A DNA stretch of 64,000 nucleotides from an uncultured Bacteroidota bacterium (lineage in GTDB: Bacteria; Bacteroidota; Bacteroidia; Flavobacteriales; Flavobacteriaceae). The position numbers and the translations under genes are program-made. The DNA lies in contig CABXBY010000001.1 of the NCBI GenBank assembly GCA_902510655.1, forward strand, positions 29,398-93,397, read 5' to 3'. Below are positions 1 through 11,318 of the stretch, one piece after another (position 1 is the first letter of the stretch; every line of letters starts with the position of its first letter). The notes under the pieces are model-generated. The model did no database searches, was not told the DNA's origin, and saw only the letters and a program-made list of their open reading frames with translations.

Positions 1-2
1 CG

Positions 3-1535
3 TTAAATGAAGGAACAGAGTTTACTACTTTGGATGGTGAAACAAGAAAACTTCTTAAAACTGACTTAATGATATGTGATGCCGACACTCCAATGTGTAT
101 AGCTGGAGTTTTTGGAGGTCAAAATCACGGAATTACTAATGAAACGAAATCGATTTTTCTAGAAAGTGCTTATTTTGATCCAGTATCTGTTAGAAAAACA
201 GCCAAGCATCATGGAATTAACAGCGATGCATCGTTCAGATTTGAACGTGGAATTTGTATTGGTTCTGTTGATTATGCCCTCAAAAGAGCTGCAATTTTAA
301 TTTGTGAACTTTGTGGTGGTAATATATCTAGTGATGTTATTGATGAATTCCCAAAAAAGCCAGAAGAAAAATCAATACTTTTAAATTTTAACAAAACAAA
401 TAAATTAATTGGACAAGAAATTCCAAGAGAGGAAATTAAATCAATTTTAACATCATTAGATTTTAAAATTAATAATATTACCGAAACCGGTGTTGGTATT
501 ACTGTTCCTTTTTACAGACATGATGTTACTAGAGAATGTGATGTAATTGAAGAAATTCTTCGGATTTTCGGCTATAATGAAATTAAATTATCAAATAACT
601 TGTCACTTCCAATTGTTCAAGAGAGTTATAACAAGAATCATAAAACAGAAAATACAATAGCTAACTTATTAATTCCTTTCGGATTTAATGAAATAATGAA
701 TAATTCACTTACAAGTAACAAGTTAAATGTTTTAAATAGAGAAAGTGTAAATATTATTAATTCTATTAGCTCAGACATTTCTCAACTAAGAACAAGCTTA
801 CTCGAGTCAAGTTTAAAAACACTTAAATTTAATTTGAATAGAAAAAATAAGAATAATAAATTTTTTGAGTTTGGAAAAATATATGAAATGATCAACAATA
901 AAACTACTGAATCTAAAAGACTAAGTGTAGTTTTTGCCAATGACTTATTTAATAATTCCTGGAACAATAAATCTGCCAGCTCAGATTTTTATTATCTCAA
1001 AAATATAATTCTTAATATTTTCAGCAAATTATCTATAAATACAACGGAAAAAATAATTAATCATGATGCATTTAATAATACTTTAGGCCTGTTTCATAAA
1101 AAAAATAGTATAGCACTAATAGGTGATGTCAAAAATCAATTCCTCTCTGAAATTGCTATTAAAAACAAAGTTTATTATGCATCTTTAAATCTAGATTATA
1201 TTTTAGAATTAATAAATGATGATTTTATAAAATATAATCAACTATCTAAATTTCCAAACGTAAAAAGAGAATTAAATTTTTTACTTGAAAATAATGTAAA
1301 ATATAATGAAATTGAAAACTATATATTAAATCAATCTAATATTAAAAATTTAGATAAAATGGCTTTAAGTGATGTTTACGAAGATGATAAATTGCCTGAT
1401 GGAAAAAAATCATACACATTAAACTTCACATTGCTTGATCAAATAAAAACACTTTCTGAGAAAGAGATAACAGTAACAATGAATAAAATTCAATCAAAAA
1501 TTGAATCAAAATTTAATGCTGAGCTGCGTTCTTAA
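3..1535 (+). CDS. pheT: Phenylalanine--tRNA ligase beta subunit (5' truncated by window edge)
   Basis: Frame open from position 3 (LNEGTEFTTLDG...). Motifs CIAGVFGG, IFLESAYF, SDASFRFERG, RHDVTRECDVIEEILRIFGYN and C-terminal FDX-ACB (DVYEDDKLPDGKKSY ... NAELR). Confidence 0.97.
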   Translation, partial: LNEGTEFTTLDGETRKLLKTDLMICDADTPMCIAGVFGGQNHGITNETKSIFLESAYFDPVSVRKTAKHHGINSDASFRFERGICIGSVDYALKRAAILICELCGGNISSDVIDEFPKKPEEKSILLNFNKTNKLIGQEIPREEIKSILTSLDFKINNITETGVGITVPFYRHDVTRECDVIEEILRIFGYNEIKLSNNLSLPIVQESYNKNHKTENTIANLLIPFGFNEIMNNSLTSNKLNVLNRESVNIINSISSDISQLRTSLLESSLKTLKFNLNRKNKNNKFFEFGKIYEMINNKTTESKRLSVVFANDLFNNSWNNKSASSDFYYLKNIILNIFSKLSINTTEKIINHDAFNNTLGLFHKKNSIALIGDVKNQFLSEIAIKNKVYYASLNLDYILELINDDFIKYNQLSKFPNVKRELNFLLENNVKYNEIENYILNQSNIKNLDKMALSDVYEDDKLPDGKKSYTLNFTLLDQIKTLSEKEITVTMNKIQSKIESKFNAELRS

Positions 1536-1541
1536 GAAATT

Positions 1542-1763
1542 ATGATACACAAACAAGTACTACTATACAAAGGTTCTTTTATAAATTGCAAAAGATTAGA
1601 ACTAGAACTTATTTCAAATAAAATCAACCCAATTATTGTTAATAATAAGCAGTCTGCTGTTCTGTCTGGTTTCGGTTTTAACCCAAACGACAACATATTT
1701 GTTTATGTATTTGAAGATCAAATAAAAAAATCTAAAAAAATATTAGAAAGTTTAACTGTATAG
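1542..1763 (+). CDS. Small DUF2007-like protein
   Basis: LYKGSFI...LELELISNKINPIIVN...SAVLSGFG...VYV pattern resembles Bacteroidota DUF2007 proteins; 6 bp after pheT. Confidence 0.6.
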   Translation: MIHKQVLLYKGSFINCKRLELELISNKINPIIVNNKQSAVLSGFGFNPNDNIFVYVFEDQIKKSKKILESLTV

Positions 1764-3374
1764 CTTAGTTCTTAGCTCTTTTATTTTCTGGTCATTTATA
1801 TAAGAATCAAAAGTAGTTAACCTGTCTATAACGCCATTAGGAGTCAACTCAATCACTCTGTTTCCTACAGATTTAGCAAATTCAAAATCGTGAGTACTTA
1901 AAATTACATTTCCCTTAAATTTTTTAATTGAATTATTTAAAGCTGTGATAGATTCTAAATCCAAATGACTTGTTGGCTCATCAAACATTAAAACATTAGA
2001 TCTTAACATCATCATCCTTGAGAGCATACACCTTACTTTTTCACCACCAGAGAGTACATCACAATTTTTTAAAGCTTCTTCACCACTAAAAATCATTTTT
2101 CCAAGAAAACCTCTTATAAACACTTCTTCTCTTTCCTCGTCATTTTTAGACCACTGTCTGAGCCAATCAACTAAAGAAATTTTTTCTTGAAAATATGAAT
2201 TGTTATCCAAAGGTAAATATGATTGACTGGTAGTTATTCCCCAATCAAATCTACCGGTATTTGGATTTAATTTATTGTTCAGAATTTCATAAAATGCTGT
2301 TGTTGCTCTTGTATCTTTTGAATACAAGACTACTTTATCACCTTTATTTAGATTAAAATCTATTTTATCAAATAATATACTTGTAGAATCGGAATAACTT
2401 AAATTTTCAACAGAAAGAATTTGATCACCAGCTTCTCTTTCAGATGTAAAAATTACGGCAGGATATCTTCTAGATGAGGGTTTTATATCCTCAATCTTGA
2501 GATTATCTAACATCTTTTTTCTTGATGTTGCCTGTTTAGATTTTGATGCATTTGCACTAAATCTGGCAATAAAATCTTCTAGTTCTTTCTTTTTTTCTTC
2601 AGATTTTCTGTTTTGTTGTGTTTTTTGTCTAAGTGCTAGCTGACTTGATTCATACCAAAACGTGTAGTTTCCAGAATAGTTATTTATTTTTCCAAAATCA
2701 ATATCTGAAATATGGGTACATACAGAATCTAAGAAGTGTCTGTCGTGAGATACTACAATACAAGTATTGTCGTAATTTGAAATAAAATTCTCAAGCCATT
2801 TAATTGTTTCAAAATCTAAATCATTTGTAGGCTCATCCATTACTAATACATCGGGATTTCCAAATAGTGCTTGGGCTAATAAAACCTTTACTTTTTGAAC
2901 ACCATCTAATTCACTCATGTTTTTATAGTGTTGTTCTTCTTTTATATCTAAATTAGACAATAATGCTGCTGCCGAACTTTCTGCGTTCCATCCATCCATT
3001 TCCTCATATTCTAATTGAAGAACTCCTACTCTATCACTATCCTTGTCTGAAAAATCTGGATTAGCATAAATTTCATCCATTTCCTTTTTAATACTAAAAA
3101 GTTCTTTATTACCCATGATAACTGTTTCTAAAACTTGTTTTTCATCAAAAGCAAAATGATTTTGTTCTAAAACCGACATTCTTTTACCAGCTTCTAAATG
3201 GACACTTCCTGAATTTGGTTCAATTGATTTTGATAAAATTTTTAAAAAGGTTGATTTACCTGCACCATTGGCACCTATAATACCATAACAGTTACCTTTT
3301 ACAAAAGAAGTATTAACTTCATCGAATAATACTCTTTTGCCGAATTGAACAGAGAGATTAGAAACACTTAACAT
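1752..3374 (-). CDS. ABC-F family ATP-binding protein (YbiT-like)
   Basis: Walker A GANGAGKST, DEPTNDLD, VSHDRHFLD, second cassette LSGGEK and DEPTSHLD; no transmembrane segments. Confidence 0.93.
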   Translation of the reverse strand: MLSVSNLSVQFGKRVLFDEVNTSFVKGNCYGIIGANGAGKSTFLKILSKSIEPNSGSVHLEAGKRMSVLEQNHFAFDEKQVLETVIMGNKELFSIKKEMDEIYANPDFSDKDSDRVGVLQLEYEEMDGWNAESSAAALLSNLDIKEEQHYKNMSELDGVQKVKVLLAQALFGNPDVLVMDEPTNDLDFETIKWLENFISNYDNTCIVVSHDRHFLDSVCTHISDIDFGKINNYSGNYTFWYESSQLALRQKTQQNRKSEEKKKELEDFIARFSANASKSKQATSRKKMLDNLKIEDIKPSSRRYPAVIFTSEREAGDQILSVENLSYSDSTSILFDKIDFNLNKGDKVVLYSKDTRATTAFYEILNNKLNPNTGRFDWGITTSQSYLPLDNNSYFQEKISLVDWLRQWSKNDEEREEVFIRGFLGKMIFSGEEALKNCDVLSGGEKVRCMLSRMMMLRSNVLMFDEPTSHLDLESITALNNSIKKFKGNVILSTHDFEFAKSVGNRVIELTPNGVIDRLTTFDSYINDQKIKELRTKLYS

Positions 3375-3394
3375 ATAATAAGTTTAAATTTTTG

Positions 3395-3402
3395 CAAACT
3401 TA
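3395..3402 (-). promoter_or_regulatory. Bacteroidota -7 promoter element (TAAGTTTG) for the ABC-F gene
   Basis: Matches TAnnTTTG consensus about 20 bp upstream of the start codon. Confidence 0.55.
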
Positions 3403-3467
3403 ATAAAATCAGGGTTATGAATTTTCTTTATTATTATTTAAATTAAATAAAAAAACTAATTCATTAA

Positions 3468-4823
3468 ATGTTTAGATCAATTGTCAGTTGTTTATTAATT
3501 ACATTTTTTATTGGATGTAATAATCAAAATAAAACTTTTATCAGTGGAAAAATTATCAAACCAACAAATAATGAGATTCTAATTTTAAAAGATGAAAAGA
3601 TTATTAAAAAAATTACTATAAATAATCAGGGAACGTTTTCGTCTTCTTTTGAAGATTTAAATAATGGGCTTTACAATTTTATTCATCTTCCCGAATTTCA
3701 ATACTTAATTATTAATAAGGGAGATAGTTTAGTATTACGATTGAATTCATTGGATTTTGATGAATCATTAGTTTTTTCTGGATTAGGCGCTTCAAAGAAC
3801 AACTACTTAATTGATGTTTTTTTAGAACATGAAAAAGAGGAAAACTATATAAAGTCTAAATACAAATCTTCTAAAATAGAATTCAAAAAAATCATTGATT
3901 CTTTGAAAAATATAAAAACTAAACATTATTCAAATTATAAATCTGTAATTAAAACTAATTTTATTTCTGATTTAATAATAAATCATGCTATGCTTATTCC
4001 ACTCTACTCACACATAGAAAACTTTATAATATTAAACAAAGAAAATCACACGAAAAATATTGAATATTTTAAAAAATATAGAGATAAAATAGACTTAAAT
4101 ATTTCAGAACTGTCACACTTTAAACCCTACTTAGATTACATTACATTAAAATCTATAAACGAATCATTTTCATTAGATAAAGGTTACGATTATAATTTAA
4201 ATTTCAATCTACAAAGATTGAATTATATAGACGATCAAGTGTATGATCAAACAATCAAAACAAAACTATTAAGGTTTATAGCGTATGAATATCTGTTAGA
4301 GGAAAAGCTATTAATAAATATTGATCAATTTATTTATGAGTTTTTAAAAATTTCAGAAAACAATAGTACAAATAATGAAGTTTCAGTTCTATACGACAAT
4401 ATAACTTCTCTTCAAGTAGGAAAAGTATTACCTAAAATCAAACTTTATAATGAAAAATATAATGTGAGAAATATAGGTTCACAAATTAATTATAATAAAA
4501 AAAATATATTTGTTTTTTGGTCTTATGATCAAAACGCCCATCAAGTCAACTTGTTTAATAAAGTAAATTTATTAAGTGCGAAATATTCAAATTATCATTT
4601 TAATTTAATTAATATTAACGACGATAATTTGAAATGGAAAAACAATTATCTAAATAATTTCAGCAGTAATAGAATAAATAATTTTAGAACGGTAAATTTT
4701 GAATCCATGAGTAAAAAAATGGTTTTAAACAATTTAAATAAAGTTCTAATTACTGATAAAAAAGGTGTAATTATAGAAATCCTGACATTAGTAGACTTAC
4801 AAAAATATTTAATAGCTAATTAA
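3468..4823 (+). CDS. Putative lipoprotein with C-terminal thioredoxin/TlpA-like region lacking CxxC
   Basis: Lipobox-like FFIGC. C-terminal [12 protein letters not shown]...[11 protein letters not shown] has the TlpA pattern without cysteines. Confidence 0.6.
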   Translation: MFRSIVSCLLITFFIGCNNQNKTFISGKIIKPTNNEILILKDEKIIKKITINNQGTFSSSFEDLNNGLYNFIHLPEFQYLIINKGDSLVLRLNSLDFDESLVFSGLGASKNNYLIDVFLEHEKEENYIKSKYKSSKIEFKKIIDSLKNIKTKHYSNYKSVIKTNFISDLIINHAMLIPLYSHIENFIILNKENHTKNIEYFKKYRDKIDLNISELSHFKPYLDYITLKSINESFSLDKGYDYNLNFNLQRLNYIDDQVYDQTIKTKLLRFIAYEYLLEEKLLINIDQFIYEFLKISENNSTNNEVSVLYDNITSLQVGKVLPKIKLYNEKYNVRNIGSQINYNKKNIFVFWSYDQNAHQVNLFNKVNLLSAKYSNYHFNLININDDNLKWKNNYLNNFSSNRINNFRTVNFESMSKKMVLNNLNKVLITDKKGVIIEILTLVDLQKYLIAN

Positions 4824-5473
4824 TTTCCTTTCTTATAGTCTGCTAAGAATTTTTCTAAGCCAATATCAGTAAGTGGATGTTTTATTAAACCTTTAATTGA
4901 AGATAAAGGACCTGTCATAACATCAGCTCCTATTTTAGCACAATCTATAATGTGCATAGTATGTCTTACAGATGCGGCAAGAATTTGAGTATTAAAAGCA
5001 TAATTATCATAAACATTGGCAATTTCTGAAATAAGATTGAGCCCATCTGTAGAAATATCATCTAATCTTCCAATAAATGGTGAAACATATGTAGCTCCAG
5101 CTTTGGCAGCTATAAGCGCTTGACCAACAGAAAAAATTAATGTGCAATTAGTTTTAATACCTTTATTTGAAAAATATTTCAATGCTTTAACTCCATCTAA
5201 AATCATTGGAATTTTTACAACAATTTGAGGATGTAGCTTAGCTAAAGCTTCACCTTCTTTAACCATTCCATTAAAGTCAGTAGAAATCACTTCGGCAGAA
5301 ACATCTCCATCAACAATTTCACATATTTTGACATAGTGATTTAAAATATTTTCACTTCCTGTTATACCTTCTTTAGCCATTAATGATGGATTGGTAGTGA
5401 CTCCATCAAGAACACCAAGATCTTGTGCTTCTTTAATTTGTTCAAGATTTGCTGTATCGATAAAAAATTTCAT
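4820..5473 (-). CDS. fsa: Transaldolase / fructose-6-phosphate aldolase (short type)
   Basis: [47 protein letters not shown]. Confidence 0.95.
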   Translation of the reverse strand: MKFFIDTANLEQIKEAQDLGVLDGVTTNPSLMAKEGITGSENILNHYVKICEIVDGDVSAEVISTDFNGMVKEGEALAKLHPQIVVKIPMILDGVKALKYFSNKGIKTNCTLIFSVGQALIAAKAGATYVSPFIGRLDDISTDGLNLISEIANVYDNYAFNTQILAASVRHTMHIIDCAKIGADVMTGPLSSIKGLIKHPLTDIGLEKFLADYKKGN

Positions 5474-5476
5474 AAT

Positions 5477-6280
5477 TTAATTTTTACTATAATTTAAAAG
5501 TATTTTTTCATATAATCTGTCAGGAAGAATGTTTTTTAAAATTATTGAAAATTTCTGAATAAACCGGCCTACTCTATAATGAATTTTTGGGTTTTTTGAA
5601 TTAATTATTTTAAATATCAATTTAGAGATAATTTCTGGCGTCCAAGCATTATCAACATGTTTATTTGCTGAAATTAGAGACTTAGTATAATCATCAGTAT
5701 AATTAGAAAGATTGTGTGATTTTGAATCAATTCGCCTGGAAGCTATATTGGTTTTAAAATCACCAGGAGCAACATTAACTACGTTAATGTTAAACTTTTT
5801 AAGTTCCATACTAAATACTTCACCTATAATTTCAAGTGAGCTTTTTGTCGCACAATACACTCCTCTAAATGGAATTCCAAAATAACCTAATATGGAAGTT
5901 ATATTAATAATTAAACCAGAATTATGATCTCTCATTGATGGTATACACTCCTTAATGATTGCTATTGGTCCCAATAAATTAGTTTGAAATGCACTTTTAA
6001 TATCTGACTCACTTGTTTCCTCAAGAGGACCGGTAATTCCAATACCAGCATTATTAATTAGTACATCGATGCGGTTTTCGACACTAAGAATATATTTTAT
6101 TGTTTTTTTAATTTCGATACTAGATGTTATATCACATTTTAATAATTCATACTCTGAAATATCGTATTTATTTGGATTTCTACAGGTTCCATAAACTTTA
6201 TATCCTTTTGAAGTTAAAAATAGGGAAATGGATTTTCCTATTCCTGAGGATGCGCCTGTAATTAAAATAATTTTAGACAT
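5477..6280 (-). CDS. Short-chain dehydrogenase/reductase
   Basis: TGASSGIG, NNAG, YCATK (YxxxK). Confidence 0.93.
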   Translation of the reverse strand: MSKIILITGASSGIGKSISLFLTSKGYKVYGTCRNPNKYDISEYELLKCDITSSIEIKKTIKYILSVENRIDVLINNAGIGITGPLEETSESDIKSAFQTNLLGPIAIIKECIPSMRDHNSGLIINITSILGYFGIPFRGVYCATKSSLEIIGEVFSMELKKFNINVVNVAPGDFKTNIASRRIDSKSHNLSNYTDDYTKSLISANKHVDNAWTPEIISKLIFKIINSKNPKIHYRVGRFIQKFSIILKNILPDRLYEKILLNYSKN

Positions 6281-6293
6281 ATTAAAAAAAAAA

Positions 6294-6390
6294 GGGCAAG
6301 CTACTTACATCACACCGCTACGACTATCTACCCTTGCTGCGTTCCCACCCTGGGGGAATTAAATAGGAGCTGGTTGTGTAAGACTTGCCC
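6294..6390 (-). ncRNA. ffs: Signal recognition particle RNA (4.5S)
   Basis: Minus strand GGGCAAG...CTTGCCC terminal pairing, with CAGGGTGGGAACGCAGCA domain-IV-like core. Preceded by a TATATTTG promoter and followed by a poly-U tract. Confidence 0.9.
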
Positions 6391-6394
6391 ATTG

Positions 6395-6402
6395 CAAATA
6401 TA
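6395..6402 (-). promoter_or_regulatory. -7 promoter element (TATATTTG) of ffs
   Basis: TAnnTTTG consensus 4 bp upstream of the RNA. Confidence 0.65.
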
Positions 6403-6471
6403 TATATGTTTTATTAAATAAATATCTTTAGAAAAAATAATTAATAACTAAATTTGAAAAAAAAATTGATA

Positions 6472-7500
6472 ATGATAAATAGACTTTGTTCAATAATAAT
6501 TTTGCTTTTATTAATTTCTTGTGGCTCAACAAAAAAAGAAAATTTTAACATTGATCTTATAAAAACAAAAGAATATTTAAAAAATAATGATCAAATTGAA
6601 TTTACTATCAATAACCCCTTAGATAAAAACATTACAAATCTTAAATTTAAAATTGACGACAATTTAGTTTCAAGTCCATTTTTATTAAATAATAAGCTAG
6701 GTAAAAATATATTAAAAGCTACTTTTAACGTAAATGAAAAAAAATATACTTTAAAGAAAGAATTTGTTATTTATTCATCAGTTAAACCAAAAATATATAC
6801 CTATAAAATAATTAATGAGTTTTCACATGATATGAATTCTTACACACAGGGATTAGAGTTTGATAATAATAATTTTTTATATGAAGGCACTGGTCAATAT
6901 GGATTTTCAATGTTAAAAAAAATAAATTTTGAATCTGGTGAAGTTCTAGAAAAATTATTTTTAGACAAGTCTTATTTTGGTGAAGGAATTACTGTTTTAA
7001 ATAATAAAATTTATCAGTTGACATGGAAAAGTAAAATTGGCTTTATTTATAATTTAAATGATTTCAAATTAATAAGATCCTTCAACTATAAAAATAGTAT
7101 TGAAGGCTGGGGTTTATGTAATGACGGAGAATATTTATATAAATCAGATGGCTCTGAGAAAATATGGAAATTAGATAAAAACAACTTGGAAGAAATTAGT
7201 TTTATTAATGTTGTAACTAATAATAAAGTAATCAATAAAATAAATGAACTCGAATGGTTTGATAATAAAATTTATGCTAACACTTATCAGTTTAATAAAG
7301 AAGTAGGGTTAATAATAGATTCTTCTACTGGTCAAGTTGATGGTGTAATAGATTTTAGTGGATTAAAGGATAAAGTTAAGGACCATCCTAAACTAGATGT
7401 TTTAAATGGAATAGCTTACAATAAAAAAAGGAAAACTTTTTTTATTACTGGAAAAAACTGGAATAAGTTATTTGAAATTAAAATAATAGAGAAAAATTAA
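6472..7500 (+). CDS. Glutaminyl-peptide cyclotransferase (lipoprotein)
   Basis: [36 protein letters not shown]; lipobox LISC. Start moved to ATG 6472 because TTG 6454 lies inside a TAAATTTG promoter motif. Confidence 0.92.
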   Translation: MINRLCSIIILLLLISCGSTKKENFNIDLIKTKEYLKNNDQIEFTINNPLDKNITNLKFKIDDNLVSSPFLLNNKLGKNILKATFNVNEKKYTLKKEFVIYSSVKPKIYTYKIINEFSHDMNSYTQGLEFDNNNFLYEGTGQYGFSMLKKINFESGEVLEKLFLDKSYFGEGITVLNNKIYQLTWKSKIGFIYNLNDFKLIRSFNYKNSIEGWGLCNDGEYLYKSDGSEKIWKLDKNNLEEISFINVVTNNKVINKINELEWFDNKIYANTYQFNKEVGLIIDSSTGQVDGVIDFSGLKDKVKDHPKLDVLNGIAYNKKRKTFFITGKNWNKLFEIKIIEKN

Positions 7501-8768
7501 TTAAATAAAAGCCTTCCTTTCATTAGATTGTTCACCTCAATTTTAACACTGTTTATTTCATCTAAATTTTGATGATTTTTAATAACTCTATCGATAAAAT
7601 TTACAATCAATACCATGTCTTTTTCTTTCAAGCCTCTTGTTGTTATGGCAGGTGTACCGAATCTAATACCAGATGTTACAAAAGGAGATTTATCATCAAA
7701 TGGAACCATATTTTTATTGGCTGTAATATCTGCTTTAACTAATGCTAATTCTGCATCTTTTCCAGAAATATTTTTATTCCTAAGGTCGATTAACATCATA
7801 TGATTATCTGTGCCTCCTGAAATAATTTTATAATCTTTTTTAACAAATTCTTCTGCCATTGCTTTTGCATTTTGTCTGACTTGAACCATGTAAGTCATGA
7901 AATCATCAGTTAATGCTTCACCAAATGCAATTGCTTTTCCAGCAATAACATGTTCTAATGGACCGCCTTGATTTCCAGGAAAAACAGCTAAATCAACCAA
8001 TGATGACATTTTTTTTAAAGATCCATTTTTAAATTTTAATCCAAAAGGATTGTCAAAATCTTCACCCATTAAAATTAGACCTCCCCTTGGTCCTCTCAAA
8101 GTTTTATGCGTAGTTGTAGTTACAACATGACAATGCGGAATAGGATCATTTAAAATTCCTTTAGCAATTAATCCAGAGGGATGTGAAATATCTGCTAATA
8201 AAAATGCATCAACAGAGTCGGCAATTTCTCTAAACTTTTCAAAATCAATATCTCTAGAGTAAGCTGATGCTCCAGCAATAATTAATTTTGGTTTTTCATT
8301 TAATGCTATTTCAGAAATATTATCATAATCTAATTCACCGGTTATTTCATTTACGCCATAAAATACAGGATTATACAATCGTCCACTAAAGTTAACTGGA
8401 GACCCATGTGTTAAATGTCCGCCGTGAGATAAATCAAATCCTAAAATTTTATCTCCAGGGTTTAAAAAAGCATGATATACTGCAGTATTAGCTTGAGAAC
8501 CAGAATGTGGCTGTACGTTTGCGTATGCTGCTCCAAACAACTCCTTAGCTCTATTAATAGCTATAGTTTCTATTTCATCAACCACTTCACAACCGCCATA
8601 ATATCTCTTTCCAGGGTAACCTTCTGCATATTTATTGGTTAAAACAGATCCAGTTGCTTTCATTACATCAGGACTAGTGAAATTTTCAGATGCTATTAAT
8701 TCAATTCCATTCAACTGTCTATTTTCTTCTTTTTCAATTAAATTAAAGATCTCTTTATCTATACTCAT
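7497..8768 (-). CDS. glyA: Serine hydroxymethyltransferase
   Basis: [38 protein letters not shown]. Confidence 0.98.
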   Translation of the reverse strand: MSIDKEIFNLIEKEENRQLNGIELIASENFTSPDVMKATGSVLTNKYAEGYPGKRYYGGCEVVDEIETIAINRAKELFGAAYANVQPHSGSQANTAVYHAFLNPGDKILGFDLSHGGHLTHGSPVNFSGRLYNPVFYGVNEITGELDYDNISEIALNEKPKLIIAGASAYSRDIDFEKFREIADSVDAFLLADISHPSGLIAKGILNDPIPHCHVVTTTTHKTLRGPRGGLILMGEDFDNPFGLKFKNGSLKKMSSLVDLAVFPGNQGGPLEHVIAGKAIAFGEALTDDFMTYMVQVRQNAKAMAEEFVKKDYKIISGGTDNHMMLIDLRNKNISGKDAELALVKADITANKNMVPFDDKSPFVTSGIRFGTPAITTRGLKEKDMVLIVNFIDRVIKNHQNLDEINSVKIEVNNLMKGRLLFN

Positions 8769-8862
8769 ATCTAAAAATTTAGAATGTAAATTTAATAACC
8801 AATTAATAAATCATAAAGAAATTAATAACATATTTTCAAAAAACAATTAACAATTAACAATA

Positions 8863-9180
8863 TTAATTTTTTATATTTTTAAATGATATTGCAGAATGAG
8901 ATGAATTATGAACTAAACTTCCATTTTTAATCACTATTAACTGAGGTGATTCGTGATTTATATTAAAATTAGATGCTAATTCGTTTGATAGTTTTTTGTT
9001 TTTAACAACATCAATTAAGTAAAATTTTATATCTGAAAAATTTTTATAATCAAATTCAAATTTCTTTAAAACAATTCTACTAATTATACACCTGTAAGAA
9101 TGTTTGAATATTACAATAAAATCATCTTTATAATTTATATCGTTATAATCATTCGGTTCAATCCATTTAATTTTAGACAT
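8863..9180 (-). CDS. ytxJ: YtxJ-like monothiol thioredoxin-fold protein (bacillithiol system)
   Basis: IFKHSYRCIIS, HESPQLIVIKNG, SHSAI. Start at ATG 9180 avoids overlap with smpB. Confidence 0.85.
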   Translation of the reverse strand: MSKIKWIEPNDYNDINYKDDFIVIFKHSYRCIISRIVLKKFEFDYKNFSDIKFYLIDVVKNKKLSNELASNFNINHESPQLIVIKNGSLVHNSSHSAISFKNIKN

Positions 9181-9206
9181 TTTAAAAATACTTGTAACTT
9201 TGTTTT

Positions 9207-9659
9207 GTGAATAAAAGAGTAAATATATTAAATAAAAAAGCAAAATATGAGTATCAGTTACTTGATCAGTATAATGCTGGAATAGTTTTAACTGGGACAG
9301 AAATTAAATCCATTAGGCAAAATAAAGCCTCTATCTCTGAAAGTTTTTGTGAATTTAATGATAATCAAGAATTATTTATTATTAATATGTTTATTGACGA
9401 ATATGAGTTTGGTAATCATTATAATCACAAAACAAAATCTCAAAGAAAACTCTTATTAAACAAAAAAGAATTAAAAAAACTTAACAAAGATGTTAGGAAT
9501 TCAGGTCTTACTATTGTTCCTTTAAAAGTTTTTATAAATGAAAAAGGGTTTGCAAAAATTTTAATATCATTGGCAAAGGGTAAAAAAACTTATGATAAAC
9601 GTCAAGTTATTAAGGATAGAGAAAATAAAATACAATTAGATAGATTAAAAAAAATTTAA
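9207..9659 (+). CDS. smpB: SsrA-binding protein
   Basis: NKKAKYEY, AGIVLTGTEIKSIR, RKLLLNKKE, AKGKKTYDKR. Confidence 0.97.
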   Translation: MNKRVNILNKKAKYEYQLLDQYNAGIVLTGTEIKSIRQNKASISESFCEFNDNQELFIINMFIDEYEFGNHYNHKTKSQRKLLLNKKELKKLNKDVRNSGLTIVPLKVFINEKGFAKILISLAKGKKTYDKRQVIKDRENKIQLDRLKKI

Positions 9660-10297
9660 TTTAAATCTTTTAATAATGGAACAAACTTAAAGTTTCCATG
9701 GTTTTCTTGTTCAAATTTTAATTTTGATATTCTTTTAACAACAATCATTTCTTGAATATTTTTTCCAACAGGAATAACCATTATCCCTCCAACTTTAAGC
9801 TGAATTAGTAATTTTTTGGGGATTTCTTCAGCACCTGCAGTAACTAATATTTTATCAAAAGGCTGTTTTTCCTCAAGACCTTTGTATCCATCTCCATAAA
9901 TAATATTTTTTGAGTGGTAATTTAATTTTGAAAATAATTTTTTTGTTTTTCTATATAATTTATGTTGCCTTTCTATTGTATACACAGTTTTACAAATTTC
10001 CATTAAAATTGCAGTTTGATAACCCGAACCTGTTCCTATTTCTAAAACTTTGTCAGATTCAACTAAATTTAATAGTGAAGTTTGAAAAGCAACAGTATAT
10101 GGCTGTGAAATGGTTTGATTTGATTCAATTGGAAAAGCTTTATCAAGATAAGCATGGCTTTCGAAATCACTATCAATAAAGACATGTCTTGGCACTTTAA
10201 GTAATGCTTTTATTACAACAGCAGAATCAATTCCTTTTGTAATTAAATCATCTACTAATCTTTTTCTAAGTCCTTGATGCTTTGAAGAGTCTATCAT
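9656..10297 (-). CDS. pcm: Protein-L-isoaspartate O-methyltransferase
   Basis: VPRHVF, QTISQPY, VLEIGTGSGYQTA, PFDKILVTAGA, FVPL. Confidence 0.96.
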   Translation of the reverse strand: MIDSSKHQGLRKRLVDDLITKGIDSAVVIKALLKVPRHVFIDSDFESHAYLDKAFPIESNQTISQPYTVAFQTSLLNLVESDKVLEIGTGSGYQTAILMEICKTVYTIERQHKLYRKTKKLFSKLNYHSKNIIYGDGYKGLEEKQPFDKILVTAGAEEIPKKLLIQLKVGGIMVIPVGKNIQEMIVVKRISKLKFEQENHGNFKFVPLLKDLN

Positions 10298-10352
10298 ATT
10301 AAAATAAAGCTAAATTAAATAAATAAGAATTGTATTTTTGAAAAAAAATAAC

Positions 10353-11318
10353 ATGATTAAAGTTGGTGTAATTGGAATAGGACATTTAGGTTCTATTCAT
10401 CTAAAATTATTATTAGAATCAGACTATTTCAAAGTAATAGGTTGCTTTGATAAAAATACAAGTTTGAAATTTGAAATTAGTTCGGATGTGTATTTTTATG
10501 AAGATGTTAATGAAATGATTATAAAATGTGATGCATTATTTGTTTGTTCAAATACACCTTCTCATTTTGAAATGGTAAAATTATGCTTAATAAACAATAA
10601 ACATGTTTTTGTTGAAAAACCTATAACAACTACTTTGGAAGAGGCTTTAGAACTTGTTAAACTTACAGAAAAAAATAATCTAATAGGTCAAGTCGGTCAT
10701 GTTGAAAGGTTTAATCCTGCTATAACCTCTGTTTTAGATATTATAGATAAACCTAAATTTATTGAATGTCATAGATTGGCTGAATTTAATCCAAGAGGAA
10801 ATGACGTCTCAGTTGTATTAGATTTAATGATTCACGATATTGATATTGTTCTCAAGATTATTGATTCAAATATTAAAAATATTAGTGCTAATGGTGTAGC
10901 CGTTATAAGTGATTCCCCTGACATAACTAATGCAAGGGTTGAATTTGAAAATGGAGCGGTTGCTAATTTTACCGCAAGTAGGATATCTTTAAAAAATATG
11001 CGGAAAACAAGATTATTTCAACATAACGCATATATTTCTGTTGATTTTTTAGAGAAAAAAAGTGAGGTTGTAAAAATTACTGATTTTCTAGAAAAAAAAG
11101 ACAATTATGCTATGGTTATAGAAAATCTAAATGGAGAAAAAAAGCAAATATATTATTCAAATCCAGAGTTAAAACCTGTGAACTCAATTATTGAGGAACA
11201 TAACGATTTTGCAAAATCAATAATTAATAAATCTTTACCCCTGGTTAGCTTTCGTGATGGCTTTAACGCACTTGAGCTTGCAAATAAAATAATTAATAAA
11301 GTGAATGGAAATAGTTAA
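10353..11318 (+). CDS. Gfo/Idh/MocA family oxidoreductase
   Basis: GVIGIGHLG, HVFVEKP, VGHVERFNPA, DLMIHDID. Start moved to ATG 10353 because TTG 10338 lies in a TATTTTTG promoter motif. Confidence 0.92.
   Translation: MIKVGVIGIGHLGSIHLKLLLESDYFKVIGCFDKNTSLKFEISSDVYFYEDVNEMIIKCDALFVCSNTPSHFEMVKLCLINNKHVFVEKPITTTLEEALELVKLTEKNNLIGQVGHVERFNPAITSVLDIIDKPKFIECHRLAEFNPRGNDVSVVLDLMIHDIDIVLKIIDSNIKNISANGVAVISDSPDITNARVEFENGAVANFTASRISLKNMRKTRLFQHNAYISVDFLEKKSEVVKITDFLEKKDNYAMVIENLNGEKKQIYYSNPELKPVNSIIEEHNDFAKSIINKSLPLVSFRDGFNALELANKIINKVNGNS

Noticed and set aside
6284..6293. A10 homopolymer as a phase-variation tract
   Set aside because: It is the U-tract at the 3' end of the SRP RNA, and A/T runs are common in this genome.
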